A stretch of DNA of 37,887 bases from positions 1-37,887 of the forward strand of contig RBNJ01000175.1 of the NCBI GenBank assembly GCA_003990765.1, written 5' to 3'. How positions within the stretch are numbered: position 1 is the first letter of the stretch; each line of letters opens with the position of its first letter. The position numbers and the translations under genes were made by a program. Positions 1 to 11,850 of this stretch are shown piece by piece. The notes below the pieces were generated by a model. That model saw only the letters and a program-made list of their open reading frames with translations, had not been told where the DNA came from and did no database searches. This DNA comes from Jimgerdemannia flammicorona. Its lineage: Eukaryota.

Positions 1-276
1 CCCCCTCCCTCCTCCCACCCCCTCACGATGAAAGACCACTTTGTCAGATGCCAGTACCACTTGCCCACCACTCTGTTCACAGATCTCTTCCACTAGTTCG
101 TGATGTTGCCTACCCTGGAGACCCCAACCAACCCACCACCCAGTCAGCAAATCACCCAACAACCCCTCCCACCTTAACAACTTCTCCTAGATACCCATCT
201 ATCATCCCTCCTCAAAAACAAAGAGCCAATGTCCCACCAGCCCTACCCACACTGCTAAAACCCACCCAACCATGAG

Positions 277-3145
277 CTAACCATTGCCAACACTCCCCAC
301 TAGATGAGATTTCAAATCCTCCCAGTGATCTTGCTCTCCCTCTGGCCTCCTCACCATACCCAGCCAGTCTCCTACTGCTATCCAAAAGTCCCCAAGAACT
401 TCACACTCTCTTAACCAATGTTCTGGAATTTGCACAAATCCCCCAACTTGCCCTACATTATAACACTCCTCACATTTGAATTGGCCACCATCTACCAGAT
501 GCCCAGTATGGAAATTGAGCATGATATTCCTCCTCAGCATCTGTCACCATATCACCCAGAACTTGAGAGAAAGCCACCTCCACACCTCAGCACTCTATGA
601 CCAGACTCCTGCCCAGTCCCACTCCTCACCAATCCCCACCACCTGCCAACTACTCAGCCAAAGATCCTGGTCAAGTCCCCACTAACACTCTATCCCATCA
701 CCAATATCAAACTCAGCAAGCAGAACACCCCCCAGAAGGAGCCTGTCCTACCACCACATAGCTGGACCCCACAGCACCTCCCCCTCATTCTCTCACCAGT
801 GCAGGCCTATCTGGTGTACTCCATCCACCACCTCCCACCAGAAACCCTTATACCATAACTGTTGGCTTCCAGTCAGATCCACCAGAGAGAGCAGATCTCC
901 AGAGGACCCACAAGGAGAGAACCTCATCTCCCACATCTTCTGCATCAGCAACACCAAACCTTCTCCCTGCAGTTCAACAGCTCTTTTCAACCACCAAGCT
1001 CACAGGCAGTACAGCTGCTTAGAGAAATCCACAAGGCCTAGTCCTCCCCTAACCACTGGAGTTGCAAGAGTATCTCAACTGATCTGGGACTGTATTCTAT
1101 CCATCTAAGGTTCTAATGGAAGGGCATAAAGGATGGGAGACAGTGGGTCTCCTTGAGGAACTCCTCTTCCCAAGGGAAATACCAAACCCTGGTGACCATT
1201 ACACATTAGTGCCACCCTACTACCCTCTAACAAATTCAATATAGAAGTCTGATACTGTAGTGGAACACCAATTCTGTCCAGTACCTTGTCTAGCCAAACC
1301 TGCCAAACACAGTCATAGGTCTTCTCCTGGTCTAAAAAGACCAGTCTACCATCTAGTCCACAGGCCCAGGCCCCTTCAATAATGCTGTGCACCCAGGCAG
1401 TCTCATCCCTGATAAGCCTGCCTCCTATAAAGCCCCTCTGCTCCTCCCCCAGCACCTGCTGGGCAACCTTCTGTAGCCTTGCAACAATCACCTTAGTCAT
1501 CATCTTCCTGCCTATATCCAGAAGAATGATTGGCCTCCAGTTCTTCCAGTCCTCTCTCCTCTCCTTATCTTTATACAATAAGACCACCAGCCCTAAGTCC
1601 TGCTCTCCAACTCACCCACCATTCAGAAGAACATGGTCACAGAGGGCAGCTATCTCTCCTAAAACTCCAGGGACCTTCACTATTTTCTTCCAGAAGTCCC
1701 AAGGTAACCCATCCTCACCTGGCACTGTCTCCAGCTTAGTTGCTGCAAGGACTCTCTGGATTTCCTCCTCTTGGACTGGTATGATCAAATCACCCAGTCC
1801 TTCTACTTGTGGGGGCCCCCACTCCACCAGTGAGTCTTCAATCACTACTTCATCAGCACCCCCTTCCTCCTCACTTCACAGACCCTGCCATCTTTTCTTC
1901 AGTACTCCCAAGATCTGTTGCATGCCATGCATCATTTCTCCCTCAGCATCCAAGACCCCATCCCATCAGTGTTGCACCCTCCTAGCCTGGAGGAGCCTTG
2001 ACAGGTATCTAGTGGGCCACTCTCCCTTCTCAAGCCCCTGCTACTGTAGTCTGGCAGCCATTCCTTTCATACAAATCTCCTCCTCAGCTCACAACATATG
2101 TTGCAGTTCTATTACCTCCAATTTTGCCTGCTCCAACCTCCAATCCTCCACCTCTTCAGAACAAAGCAACTCAGCCCACTCCATCTGCAATCTAATCAGC
2201 CTATTGGAAGCACACCTCACTCTCTTCTTTCTCTGCCTCCCAGCCTCTCTACCAGCTTCTCCACAATAAACCCTCACAATCTCCTTTAGCCTCATCTACT
2301 GGACACCCACAGATGCACCCTCACTTATCCAGGTAACAATCTTCACTTGGACATCTGCCACCTATGGGTCCCACAAACCCTGCTTGGCCAGCAGGGAGGA
2401 GTTAAGATACCAATATCTAGGTCATCTCCACTCCCCCCAAACTGTCCCTACCTCAATAGCCCCCAGTGATCAGACCAAGGGCACCACTCTACTACCAAAG
2501 TCCTCTAAACATCAACACCCCAACATTTGGCCATCAGAATCCAGTCAATTCTCATACTCAGTCCATTTACCCAGTGTGTATAGACCCTCCTCTTACCCCA
2601 CTGTGTTCTGCCCATATCCCCTAAGGAGCTAAGAGTCTCCACCTCCTCCCACTTATCCAATCTACTACTCCTTCCACCTGCACTCCTCTCTCCATTAGTT
2701 CGATCCAGCAGGGGATCCCACACCATATTAAAGTCACCCCCAGAACATCAACACCTTTCTCCCAGAAGACACCCTCCTCTAACAGATCCCTAATCCACTC
2801 AATCCACTCACCCCTAACTGCAGGGCAGTAGCAGGAGCCAACTCTCACTGATTCCCACCAAGGTTGATGCCATTCTCCTCAGACCAAATGGTCACCTCAG
2901 CTCTGAATTCCACTCAAGTCCCCTTGACCCTTCCTCACTAGAATTACCACTTTGCCATTCCAAGCAGTAGCTCCTCCCCATTCTCTAGTCTACTCCACTT
3001 GATCTATCTCATCCTTACACCATACATCCTGTAGTAAAAAGAGATCAGCCTCCAATTCCTTAAGCTAAGTAAAAATGTTCTTACATTGCCCAGCACCCCA
3101 CAATCCATTCACATTCAGAGAGAAAATGTTAGTTGTACTGTTCAT
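277..3145 (-). pseudogene. LINE A ORF2 (APE endonuclease + reverse transcriptase), disrupted, with RT-core deletion
   Basis: ORF fragments 2621-2848, 2505-2726, 1612-1845, 1105-1587, 793-990 and 277-540 are collinear with ORF2 of copies B and D. Many stops; the FADD-containing segment is missing near 1080. The 3' limit is approximate. Confidence 0.9.
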
Positions 3146-3159
3146 TAGGAATAATGTTA

Positions 3160-5206
3160 ATTTATCAGTCACAGCCTCTATAAATCCACATTCAACTCCT
3201 CCTGTGCCAAGTCTAAGTTATGTTCAGCAGCCAGCACCTTCTTCTCAGCTGCCCATGCCTCCAACCCTTCCAGAAGTTCAGCCATCACCCCATCCTCCTT
3301 TTCCTCAAAGTCCTCATGATACTTCAGACATGCCTCCTGCCAGAGCTGCAAACCATGATGCTCTGCCCAACAGTAGGCAGCTCACTCACCAGCAACAACC
3401 ACCAGCTCTGCCTCTCTCACCTTATCAATCTCATAACCCTCCTCCTCTATGAAAATTGTAAGAATCTCCATCTTCAGTGCCTCCACCACCCCATCTCCAT
3501 GCAGAATCCATATCCAATGCTCCTCAGACATCACACACAGGTCCACTTCTCCCAACTCCTCAGCAACAAGGTTATCCATTACCTTGCTCATCCACAGCAG
3601 ATTCCCCACCTCCTTCCCTCCAGGAGTCTCTGGCTACCCTGCATCCAGCATTGTGGTATCTGCTCCTATACTGGCAGCCTCATCCCACTTCTTCTCTAGG
3701 ATATCTGCCAGCTTGTCCTCGCCAACTGCCACCACTTGGCCCCCTTTCACTACATCAGAGACCCCAAAGTGAACTCACTGGGCCCTCTGCATCAGTACAT
3801 CCTCCGCTGCCCCTCTCTTTCCAACTGGGCCCCTCCTGATAAGTGGGAGGAGAGTGTCATCCACATCTTGCTCCCAGACTTTGAATATACCATCAGCATA
3901 GAGATTCTTGCCCAGCACCTTCCCAGCTCCTTTCTTGTTTGCCTCCACCTCTCCACCTCCTTTACTAGCCCAGATGCTGGCTTCGATGCCTCTAGACTCC
4001 TCAGCCCCATCCAACTTCTACTTTGCCCCTCCTTTCATACTTATCAAAAACTCCCTCTATCTTTGTGCCCCTGGGCCCACTCCCACTGCCTCTTGTCAGT
4101 GTGGATATTCTTTCCCTTCACAATCTCCAAGTATGTTGACTCTATATATTTCCTCCAGGCCTTTGCCCTCTGCTTGACAGCTCCACTAATCTCTTCCAGA
4201 GCCTCCAGTAGATCCTCCTCCTCCTCACTCCCTTTCACCCTTGACACTTGACAGCTGAAAGCTCCCCAAAGTATTACCACTGGCCAGTCACACATCTTCC
4301 CAGTAGCCTCCTTCTCTGCCAGTTGAATCCTGACATCAACATCCCTAGTTCTGATGGTGGTCCCCTCACAAATCTGGAAACCAATATCCACCACATTGCT
4401 ATACTCAGCCATTACCTCCTCAATCCTCCTCCTCATCTCAACTACTGTCACCATAGGCACTCCCTTCACCAGCAGCTGCACCATCCAGGGGTCCCACCTC
4501 AGACAATGCACCATAGGGACCACCACCTTCCCAACTACCACTCTAGCCTTCAGAGCCTCATCCAGCATGCCCGCCTCCTCAAAGCCCACCTCAACCCCCT
4601 CCAGCCCCTTCAGAAACTTCACTGAGGTGGCTTCAGCCACCTGCTTCAAGATAAGCCCCAGGACCATCCTTGCCATCACTGCCAAGCCCCAGAAGTACAA
4701 GGTGGCCACAAACTCTGAGATTAATTTCATGAGTAATAGTGCTACCACCAGCCCTATTACACCATTGACCTGATCCCCCTTCCTCTTTGGGTCCATCTGT
4801 CCAGCCCCACATCAACAGTCACATCTGGATTTTTTTCCAGATTCCCCATCAGACCACCATCAGCAGTCCTGCCACTACCCCCAGCAGCTACTCCACTTCC
4901 TCCACCTTCCACTGGCAAAGGTCCAGCACCCCCAGCATCCCCAACCTTCTGCTTCTCCTTCTCTCCTGCCTGTCCACTGCAAGCTCCCATCAGCCAACCT
5001 CCAGTCCTCAGCATGTCCGCAAAGCTCCTTCTCTGCTGCCCTCCAGCCCCCCCACCAGTGCCGCCTCTACCATCCAAGCTGTCCTGCCTACTTGAGCCAC
5101 CAAAGAACCCTATCTCAAGCCCATACTCTCTCCTGACATGTTGCCAGTCAAAGGCCCCAGGTCTGCTCAACCTAGTATGCATGTCAGTTTGCTTGCTGGT
5201 TAACAT
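3160..5206 (-). pseudogene. LINE A ORF1 (RRM-like nucleic-acid-binding protein), disrupted
   Basis: ORF 4044-4796 (GLAVMARMVLGL...GVEVGFEE...EYSNVVDIGF) is homologous to ORF1 fragments of B and D and lies directly upstream of the APE start. Ends are approximate. Confidence 0.8.
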
Positions 5207-5299
5207 TGCCTTAGTACCTTTCTCTTAATAAACGACTTGAAAGTGTGTTATAAAAGTGTGTATAATGTGAATTGCAACTGAGAAAGGCATGGTGGCTTC

Positions 5300-7000
5300 T
5301 TAAATCTTTTGCAACACTTCATTATAGATATCTCTAGGGGATGTACTTCTTTGTGAACTTTGGAACAATAGACTCTTATTCATCTTGCTTTATTTTTTTA
5401 TCTTTTGATAATAATTCATTCATTTTAGAGATAAAAGGTAAGAGAGACCTGGAAGGTATCTCAACTTATTTCTCTTTATATTCTTTGTCTTTTTTTTGAA
5501 TAATTCTTCTACTGATATTTCTGGATAGCCTTTCTACTGAGCTCTTCTTTTTCTTAACTGGATAAACTATTTATCTGATAATAATCTTAGTTGGATATAG
5601 ATCTAGATCATTGTAGTCTTTACTATTACTTTCTTCTTCAAAGTCTTCAATAGAGTGAGCTTCAGTATTCTTCTACTGTGTTACATTCTTTTGATTTGAT
5701 AGTTCTGAGTCCATTTGATCACTGTTTCTGTTATTATATTCTATAGCATAGTATCTAAACTGTCTACAGTCAAAGCATTGAACTTAGACTCTATCTTATA
5801 CTAGGTATTTTCTTTCTTCTTATGATTAGTAGTTTCTGTTATCTCTGAATAAGTAGTCTTGGTTAATTTATAATATATATCTTCTATTATCCTATAGATA
5901 GCTCTAATTTTTATATATAGTGAGTTTTTCAATTTGCCTAACCAATTTATTGAACTTGGAGATAAGTTCTTGGATTTAGTTTTTCTCTTTCTTCTACTTC
6001 TTGGCAGGCTTCTCTTTTCCTAATTTTCTATATTCTTGAAGTAGTTCTTATTGAGTTTTAACTAAGAGGTCTTTCTTGTCATCCTTCTTAACATAATCAC
6101 TCCAGATAGTTCCTTGTCAGATATTGAAAAATTCTTGAACTATATCTACTTGTTCTTTAGTCTTTCTATTGTCTTAGATACAAACATACTGGATAATATT
6201 TAGAGAAATTTTATTCATTAAGGTCATTAGACCAATGATGTTTTGATTGGTGATATGAAACTTAGCTATATATATTCTTTTCTAGATTCTAGTATAGAAT
6301 ACTCTTAAGATTCATCTTCATCCTAATGATGGATTTTTGGGTCTTATAGTAGGTCTCATTTTCTATATATTTTTTGATAAGTCAGTAAGTTATAGCCCTA
6401 TATTTATCTTTATAGAATGGTACTATATAAATGACTACACTAAGATTTAAATATATATCATTTACTGCTTAGTTAAAAATTCCCTTAACTAATGCTTTAA
6501 GTTGGACTTTGAAGATGAGAACTTTTCTTTAAACTGAGAGATTTTTTAGAGATATGATTACTTCAATTTTATTAGAAAATTCTCTTGGGTCTTCTTTTAG
6601 ATATCTTATAAAAGTTGGCATTAAGATGACCATTTCTTCATTACTGTCTTCTAATTCTGATTCTGGTTCTAATTCTGGTTCTGATTTATTTTCTAAGTTA
6701 TTACTAGAGCTTGAGATAATTGGATATCCTGAATATAATATTATTGATCTTGAGTTAGATATAGTAGATCTGGATATCCTTAAAGAGACTATTACTGATT
6801 CTTCTGTATCTATGGTTACTGGTCATTTAATAGAGAAGACTAGTAGAGCTTCTGAGAGAAACTGAGATTGTGCAATAAAGTTTTCTAATTTTTGTATAAG
6901 CTTGTTGAGGTTTCTGACAGAGTCTCTCATATTATTTAATTAATCTGATTAGATCAGGTCTCCTAGTAGTAAGTCTGTTGATTTTAGTTAAGGATTCTGA
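5300..7000 (-). pseudogene. Heavily mutated gag of an LTR retrotransposon (Ty3/gypsy-like)
   Basis: 5777-5736 reads C-F-D-C-R-Q-F-R-Y-Y-A-I-E-Y. Reverting single transitions (AGA>GGA, TAC>CAC, TAT>TGT) gives a CX2CX4HX4C zinc knuckle. The surrounding DNA is AT-rich with almost no CpG. Boundaries are approximate and no pol is seen in the window. Confidence 0.6.
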
Positions 7001-7431
7001 GATATACTAACTTCTGGTTGAGATCCTTCTAGTATCAGGTAATTAGTAAGTCTTTAGGTGATTACTTCTCTTTCTGTTCAAATACTGATGATGACTAATT
7101 CTTCTATAGTGATAGAGATTGAGATTATATCAAATATATTAATTTGGCTATTGGATTTCTGTAAGCTGAAAAGTCATATAGATTTAAATAAAAAAATTCC
7201 AGTTGAGCTCTCAAATGTAATATACTAGCTTAATAGAGATAAATTAAAAGATTAATACTACTATATTTTTTGGCTTAAGTCTTTATTTAATTTGTCAAAA
7301 AGTACAAAATAGTCAATGGTTTCTGAGTATAATATAAATGATTTTGATAAGTTTCCTAATTAGGTAGTATGGCATAATATGGAATAAAGCAGATTTCCTA
7401 AATATTGTAGATGGCTTAGATGATATAATAA

Positions 7432-7476
7432 CTCAGATAATACAGATAACTTAGATAACATAGATAACTTAGATAA
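7432..7476. repeat. 9-bp tandem repeat, 5 copies (nnnAGATAA)
   Basis: agataa at 7435, 7444, 7453, 7462 and 7471. Confidence 0.8.
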
Positions 7477-8359
7477 TAAGAATTCTTTCTAAATTAGTAG
7501 TCTTTTTAATAAAGTGGACTTCTTTTGAAAATAACTTAGATAGTATAGATTCTTTCTAATCAGCAGACTTCACTTAAAAATTGCAACTTTCCTTAAGCAG
7601 CAGATTACTCAGCAATATACTTCAGACTTAGTCTAACAGATATATATATCAAAATATAACAGACTTTTCAAAGTTATATTAAAGACTACTTTGTTTGCAT
7701 AAATAGATTCATTATAAAGTATGTATCTTATACTAGATAGGATTTGGATATTAGACTTCTTCTTTATATTGAAAACTGGACTAAAGTGAAAAATAACTCA
7801 AAACTTCTTAGCAATAGCTTATTAGCAGATTTCTCCTCCTAAGCATATTAGATAATTAGCTTTTACTTTTTTTTTTAATCTGAGATTTAGATACTCAAAT
7901 CTCTGAGATATTTTATAGTTATAGTTACTATCTGATATTGATATAGCTAAATTAGATTGCTATTTCTATTAGAAATATTAATTTCAAATTCTGATATAGT
8001 ATATCAGCTAGAAATATTAATATCAAATTTTGGTATATATAGTATAATACTTATATCCTTATTTAGCTATCTAGGATATTTATATAAGTTAGCATAATAG
8101 GATAGTTCTGGTTATCTAATATATCTGATATAGTATATGGCTAAATTATAGTAACTAATTTAGATAGTAACTTAGTATATTTCTCTTCTAACTTATCATA
8201 CTATAAATAATACTCAATTAAAAATTTATAATAGGTTTTTGATAAAAGAATCTAAGTTTACTTAAAAGAGTATTTAGAGTTAGCCAATTTGATAATAAAG
8301 TAAAGTCTAAAGTAACTGATATTTATACAAGTTAGAAGCTATCTAATATTAGACTAAAT

Positions 8360-8556
8360 ATATATCCCTTATTCTGTAAAATAATGCAGCCAAATTTGGC
8401 TGCAAAAAAATTAAAAAAAGTTAGAAAAGTTGAAAAAAAAATTGGATTTTTTGTTTATAATTTAATTTTTTGATTTTCTTTTGATTTTTATAATATTTTT
8501 ATAGTAGTTTTTTTTTTGCAGTCAAATTTGGCTATAATACAGAGTAAGGGATATAT
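8360..8556. mobile_element. MITE-like non-autonomous DNA transposon (~195 bp)
   Basis: Left end atatatcccttattctgta..gcagccaaatttggctgcaaaaaaa (8360-8410) matches the reverse complement of 8511-8556 (atatatcccttactctgtattatagccaaatttgactgcaaaaaaa). TA-rich flanks on both sides; non-coding A/T interior. Confidence 0.8.
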
Positions 8557-9133
8557 TTAATATATATAATAGTTATACTATAGAACTATTAATCTAAAGA
8601 TCTCATTCATATAATCAAAATTAACTAAGTAATCATAATTATAAAAATTGAGCTCTCTAGAGTTCTATTATATTTTAGCAGTCATATTACACTGATTATA
8701 TATAACAGCTATATGATGTAACTTAGATTAATTATTAATAATAGAAAAAAAAAATTACTATCAACTTTTATTCAATATTAATATTATTATATTAATATTA
8801 TAACTAGAAATATATACCTTATCTTCTGTTATGACAGTATTATATCTGTAATAACTTTATAGATCCAAGGCCAATATGTGCCTTTTGAGAATGATAATAA
8901 TATTATCAACAAATACTCAGATTGGGAGACATAAGAGAGATTTTATTAAGTAAAGTGAAATGTATAGTATTTAGTAATATAAATAACTAAAGAGTAGATA
9001 GTAATAATATAAGTATAATATTGTATATTCAGATAATAATTAGCAGTAGCTAATATGGTTAATATTTATAAATTGTTCAAATTTATTGTGAAATACTGGA
9101 ATTTGAGGGATAAAGGAGCAATCTTTATTGATA

Positions 9134-9224
9134 TGCGCGAAGCGCGTATTTACGCGTTGATGACGTTTCCACTGATGACGTCCTCACACGTGAGCTGCGC
9201 CACCTTCACGTGAGCTACATACCG
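9134..9224. promoter_or_regulatory. Isolated CpG-dense motif cluster (ACGCGT, 2x TGATGACGT, 2x CACGTGAGCT)
   Basis: 12 CpGs in ~90 bp within several kb essentially lacking CpG. MCB-like ACGCGT at 9152-9157, CRE-like motifs at 9158-9166 and 9173-9181, E-box motifs at 9187-9196 and 9207-9216. Regulatory function is inferred. Confidence 0.5.
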
Positions 9225-9999
9225 AGTTGATTAGCTAGAAATCTCAACAAAATTTACAATAATACTCTAAGAATTTGATGAGATTATTAAAAATAGGATC
9301 TCTAAGAAACTCATTATTCTTCACCTAAGGCTGTATTTGGTATTTGGTATGAAAAAGAAGAGATTTTGTAGCTCTCACTAAGAATTTATAGTTCTTTCTA
9401 CAAAGTTGGAGTATTTTACAGATCTTGTTTCAAAATTTCTGATTCTATGAGTAAAAATGCTAGATTGTAGACCTCTTTAGAATATGAAGAACATAAACAC
9501 TTAGAATGATAGAGCAAGTGCTTAAAATTGGAGGACCAATTTATTATTCTAATATTTGTAGATAGATTAGTATCTGTAGTAGTGATATTCATTGCCTTTA
9601 TAAAACAATAGACTCTATATATTAAACTATATATATATATATATGTATTCTAATATGAATCCACATTACAGAAAAAAACATTGCCTACACAAACTCCACC
9701 TTTATCACTATTCCATTTCCATATTATCTTTTTATTACTTTCCTCTAGACCCTCCCTCTCATCTCTCACATTTTTACCCCTTCTCTATCTCAAACCTATC
9801 TGCCATCATCTGATCTCAGTCTTAACTAGTACTATATATTACTTCTACATCTCTATCTGATAGAATAAGTATAACTGTTATATATTTTAAGAGTCAGAGA
9901 ACTAGAACAGATTATTTGAGAGGTCCTGAATATGAAAACAAAGAGAGTAACTATAAGTATATCAGTTATTTAATTCTTACCCTCTACTATAAAGATAAA

Positions 10000-10029
10000 A
10001 AAATAAAATAAAATAAAATAAAATAAAAT
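10000..10029. repeat. (AAAAT)6 microsatellite
   Basis: Read directly from the sequence. Confidence 0.9.
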
Positions 10030-10479
10030 AAAAAATCCCCCTTCACCCTCTTTATCATTTCTACAATCTGGATCACATTTTTAGTGATCAATTCAATGAA
10101 ACTTAAATAGTCTAGTTGTGATACTTTTTAAACTTCTTGATAATTTTGTCAGAGATACTTAATTTCTGACTCATTAGACTAAATGATATAGCTCTTCTAT
10201 ATAAGACACTAGCAAGTATATCAATGATAAAAATGATTATCTAAATTGTGTTGAAGATTTCTCCTTCATTTCTTATTAGTGAAAATACTGATAAGTTATA
10301 TATTGTACTCACTCTTGATATTACCTCTTCTATATCAAGATAAAACTACTTAAAGAGTAGAGAAGACTATCTGTAAATTGTGTCTTTGAGATATCCTAAA
10401 GAATAATAAATAAAGAGATTATATATATTTGTTATAATAGTTTACAGTCTGAAACACATATATAGCCACTCAGATACAG

Positions 10480-11585
10480 ACTTTACCAAGTATCTATACT
10501 GTTTGAGAGTATGGTGGTTAAAGCAAACTAGTGAGCTAAGGGGTTACAGTTGAGTTTCTCTTATACAGAGGGTGTAAGAGATATAGTTCTTCTCAAGAGA
10601 AGTATCCAGTAACTTGTTCTCTCTGGTAGCTCTTGAGAGAAGTTATAGGATATATTATAGAAACTTCTGGTAGAGAGTGGTTAATGGGGCCCATTGTATT
10701 GATATCTGCTAATAAAATAATAAGTAAGAGAAGAACTGGGGACTCCAGATATAGAGGTGAGACTGTCTTCTGTTAAGAAGTACTCTAGTAAATGATTTCT
10801 GTCTTGAGGATAATATGGAGTATCTGTGAGAACATAGGAGAGATCTATAGCTGGAGGCCTGACAGGTGGTAGGAATTAGTAAGAAATAGGACTGAGCTGA
10901 TATCTGATCATAGAGTAAGATATTGGTACAGAGGCTTCCACCTAAGTTCTGGATGATATGGTAGAGATTTCTATAATAAAGTATAATGTTGAACTTTTAG
11001 TTAAGATATCTGAGTGATGGGAGTATCTTTGATTACAAGAAGTGCTTTAATATTAAGCAGAAGATTGAGGTAGTACAGACTCTAGAACATTGACTGAGAG
11101 AGTGTGAGATCTTAGTAGACTTTTGAAGGATGATTAAAGAATAGCTGAGGATATAACCCTCTAAGCAGAAGGTGGAGAGGCAGTGGGATATTCTTCAGAT
11201 ATAGCTAGTGGAGGAAGTGAGTAATAAGTGATTGACAGTTGGGTAGGCTCTAGCTATTTAGATTGAGCTTACTAGACATTAGCTATATATTTTTGAAGAT
11301 GACCAGAAGTTGGTGCTTGGGGTGAGAGTTATGAGGTGAGAGTGATTGGTGTTGGAGCTTCTGAATGGATAGTGGCAGGGGTGGGGAACCTGAGGGAGTC
11401 TGCATTATAGACTGGTGGAGAAGATTTGTGCAAAGAGTAAGAAAAGGACCAATATATCTGGGGGGGTAATTTCCTTTCAAAGAAATGGAGGAAGAAGGGG
11501 GGAGTAGACTAATCTGTATTAATATAACATTAGTTTAGATTGGTTTGGTAATAAATATGAAAGTCCAAGCAATTATAAAAAAAAA
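10480..11585 (+). mobile_element. LINE F: 5'-truncated (~1.1 kb) plus-strand copy of the same LINE group
   Basis: Begins in ORF2 at DFTK.LYCLR.WW, homologous to 28291 region of D. AATAAA at 11550-11555 and A9 tail at 11577-11585. Degenerate 17-bp TSD tagccactcagatacag (10463-10479) / taaccgcccagacacgg (11586-11602), with all 5 differences being transitions. Confidence 0.88.
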
Positions 11586-11642
11586 TAACCGCCCAGACAC
11601 GGCCACCCACGTATCCCACAAAAACAGAGATGAAATCCTCAC

Positions 11643-11850
11643 CTTCCCTTCAAACCTTCGGAGGATGCGCTCAAGCTCTCGACCAGTGCTGCGGCATGCA
11701 GGCTTCATAGGGCACATTGGGCGTGATATGTTTGGGGTACATTTTTGCGACGTCGACTAGAAGGGTCTCATAAGCTTTGAGCATGCAGAGGTCGAGGTAG
11801 ACTTCGAGGTTCATCGGCGAATTTAGTCGAAGCGCGAAAGAGTTTTCGCC
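11643..11850 (-). pseudogene. Possible exon of an unidentified host gene (frameshifted), whose next intron carries LINE F
   Basis: Bounded by catag|GGC and AAG|gtgagg. Reads GENSFALRLNSPMNLEVYLDLCMLKAYETLLVDVAKMYPK... then shifts frame to ELERILRRFEGK. No family recognised. Confidence 0.3.

Larger units (their letters stand above)
1..5298 (-). mobile_element. LINE A: degenerate L1/Tx1-like non-LTR retrotransposon (3' end off the left edge)
   Basis: Minus-strand fragments of ORF1, APE endonuclease (MNSTTNIFSLNVNG from ATG 3145; DFN and SDH-type motifs), RT (NWRPIILLD, FLDQEKTYD, GVPQGDPLSP) and a C-terminal CCHC (CEEC...EHWLREC). The 5' terminus ...aatgtgaattg..gagaaagg is shared with LINE C. 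The exact 5' boundary is approximate. Confidence 0.93.
7216..8691 (-). mobile_element. Candidate 5' LTR of the gag-bearing element
   Basis: Bounded by 8-bp inverted termini tgtaatat (7216-7223) and atattaca (8684-8691), i.e. TG...CA, and placed upstream of the minus-strand gag relic. The second LTR is not in the window, and an 8-bp AT-rich match is weak evidence. Confidence 0.3.

Noticed and set aside
6554..6865. 103-aa plus-strand ORF
   Set aside because: Antisense to the decayed gag, low complexity.
7432..7476. Short periodic repeats as a CRISPR-like array
   Set aside because: 9-bp period without spacers, eukaryotic context and no cas genes.
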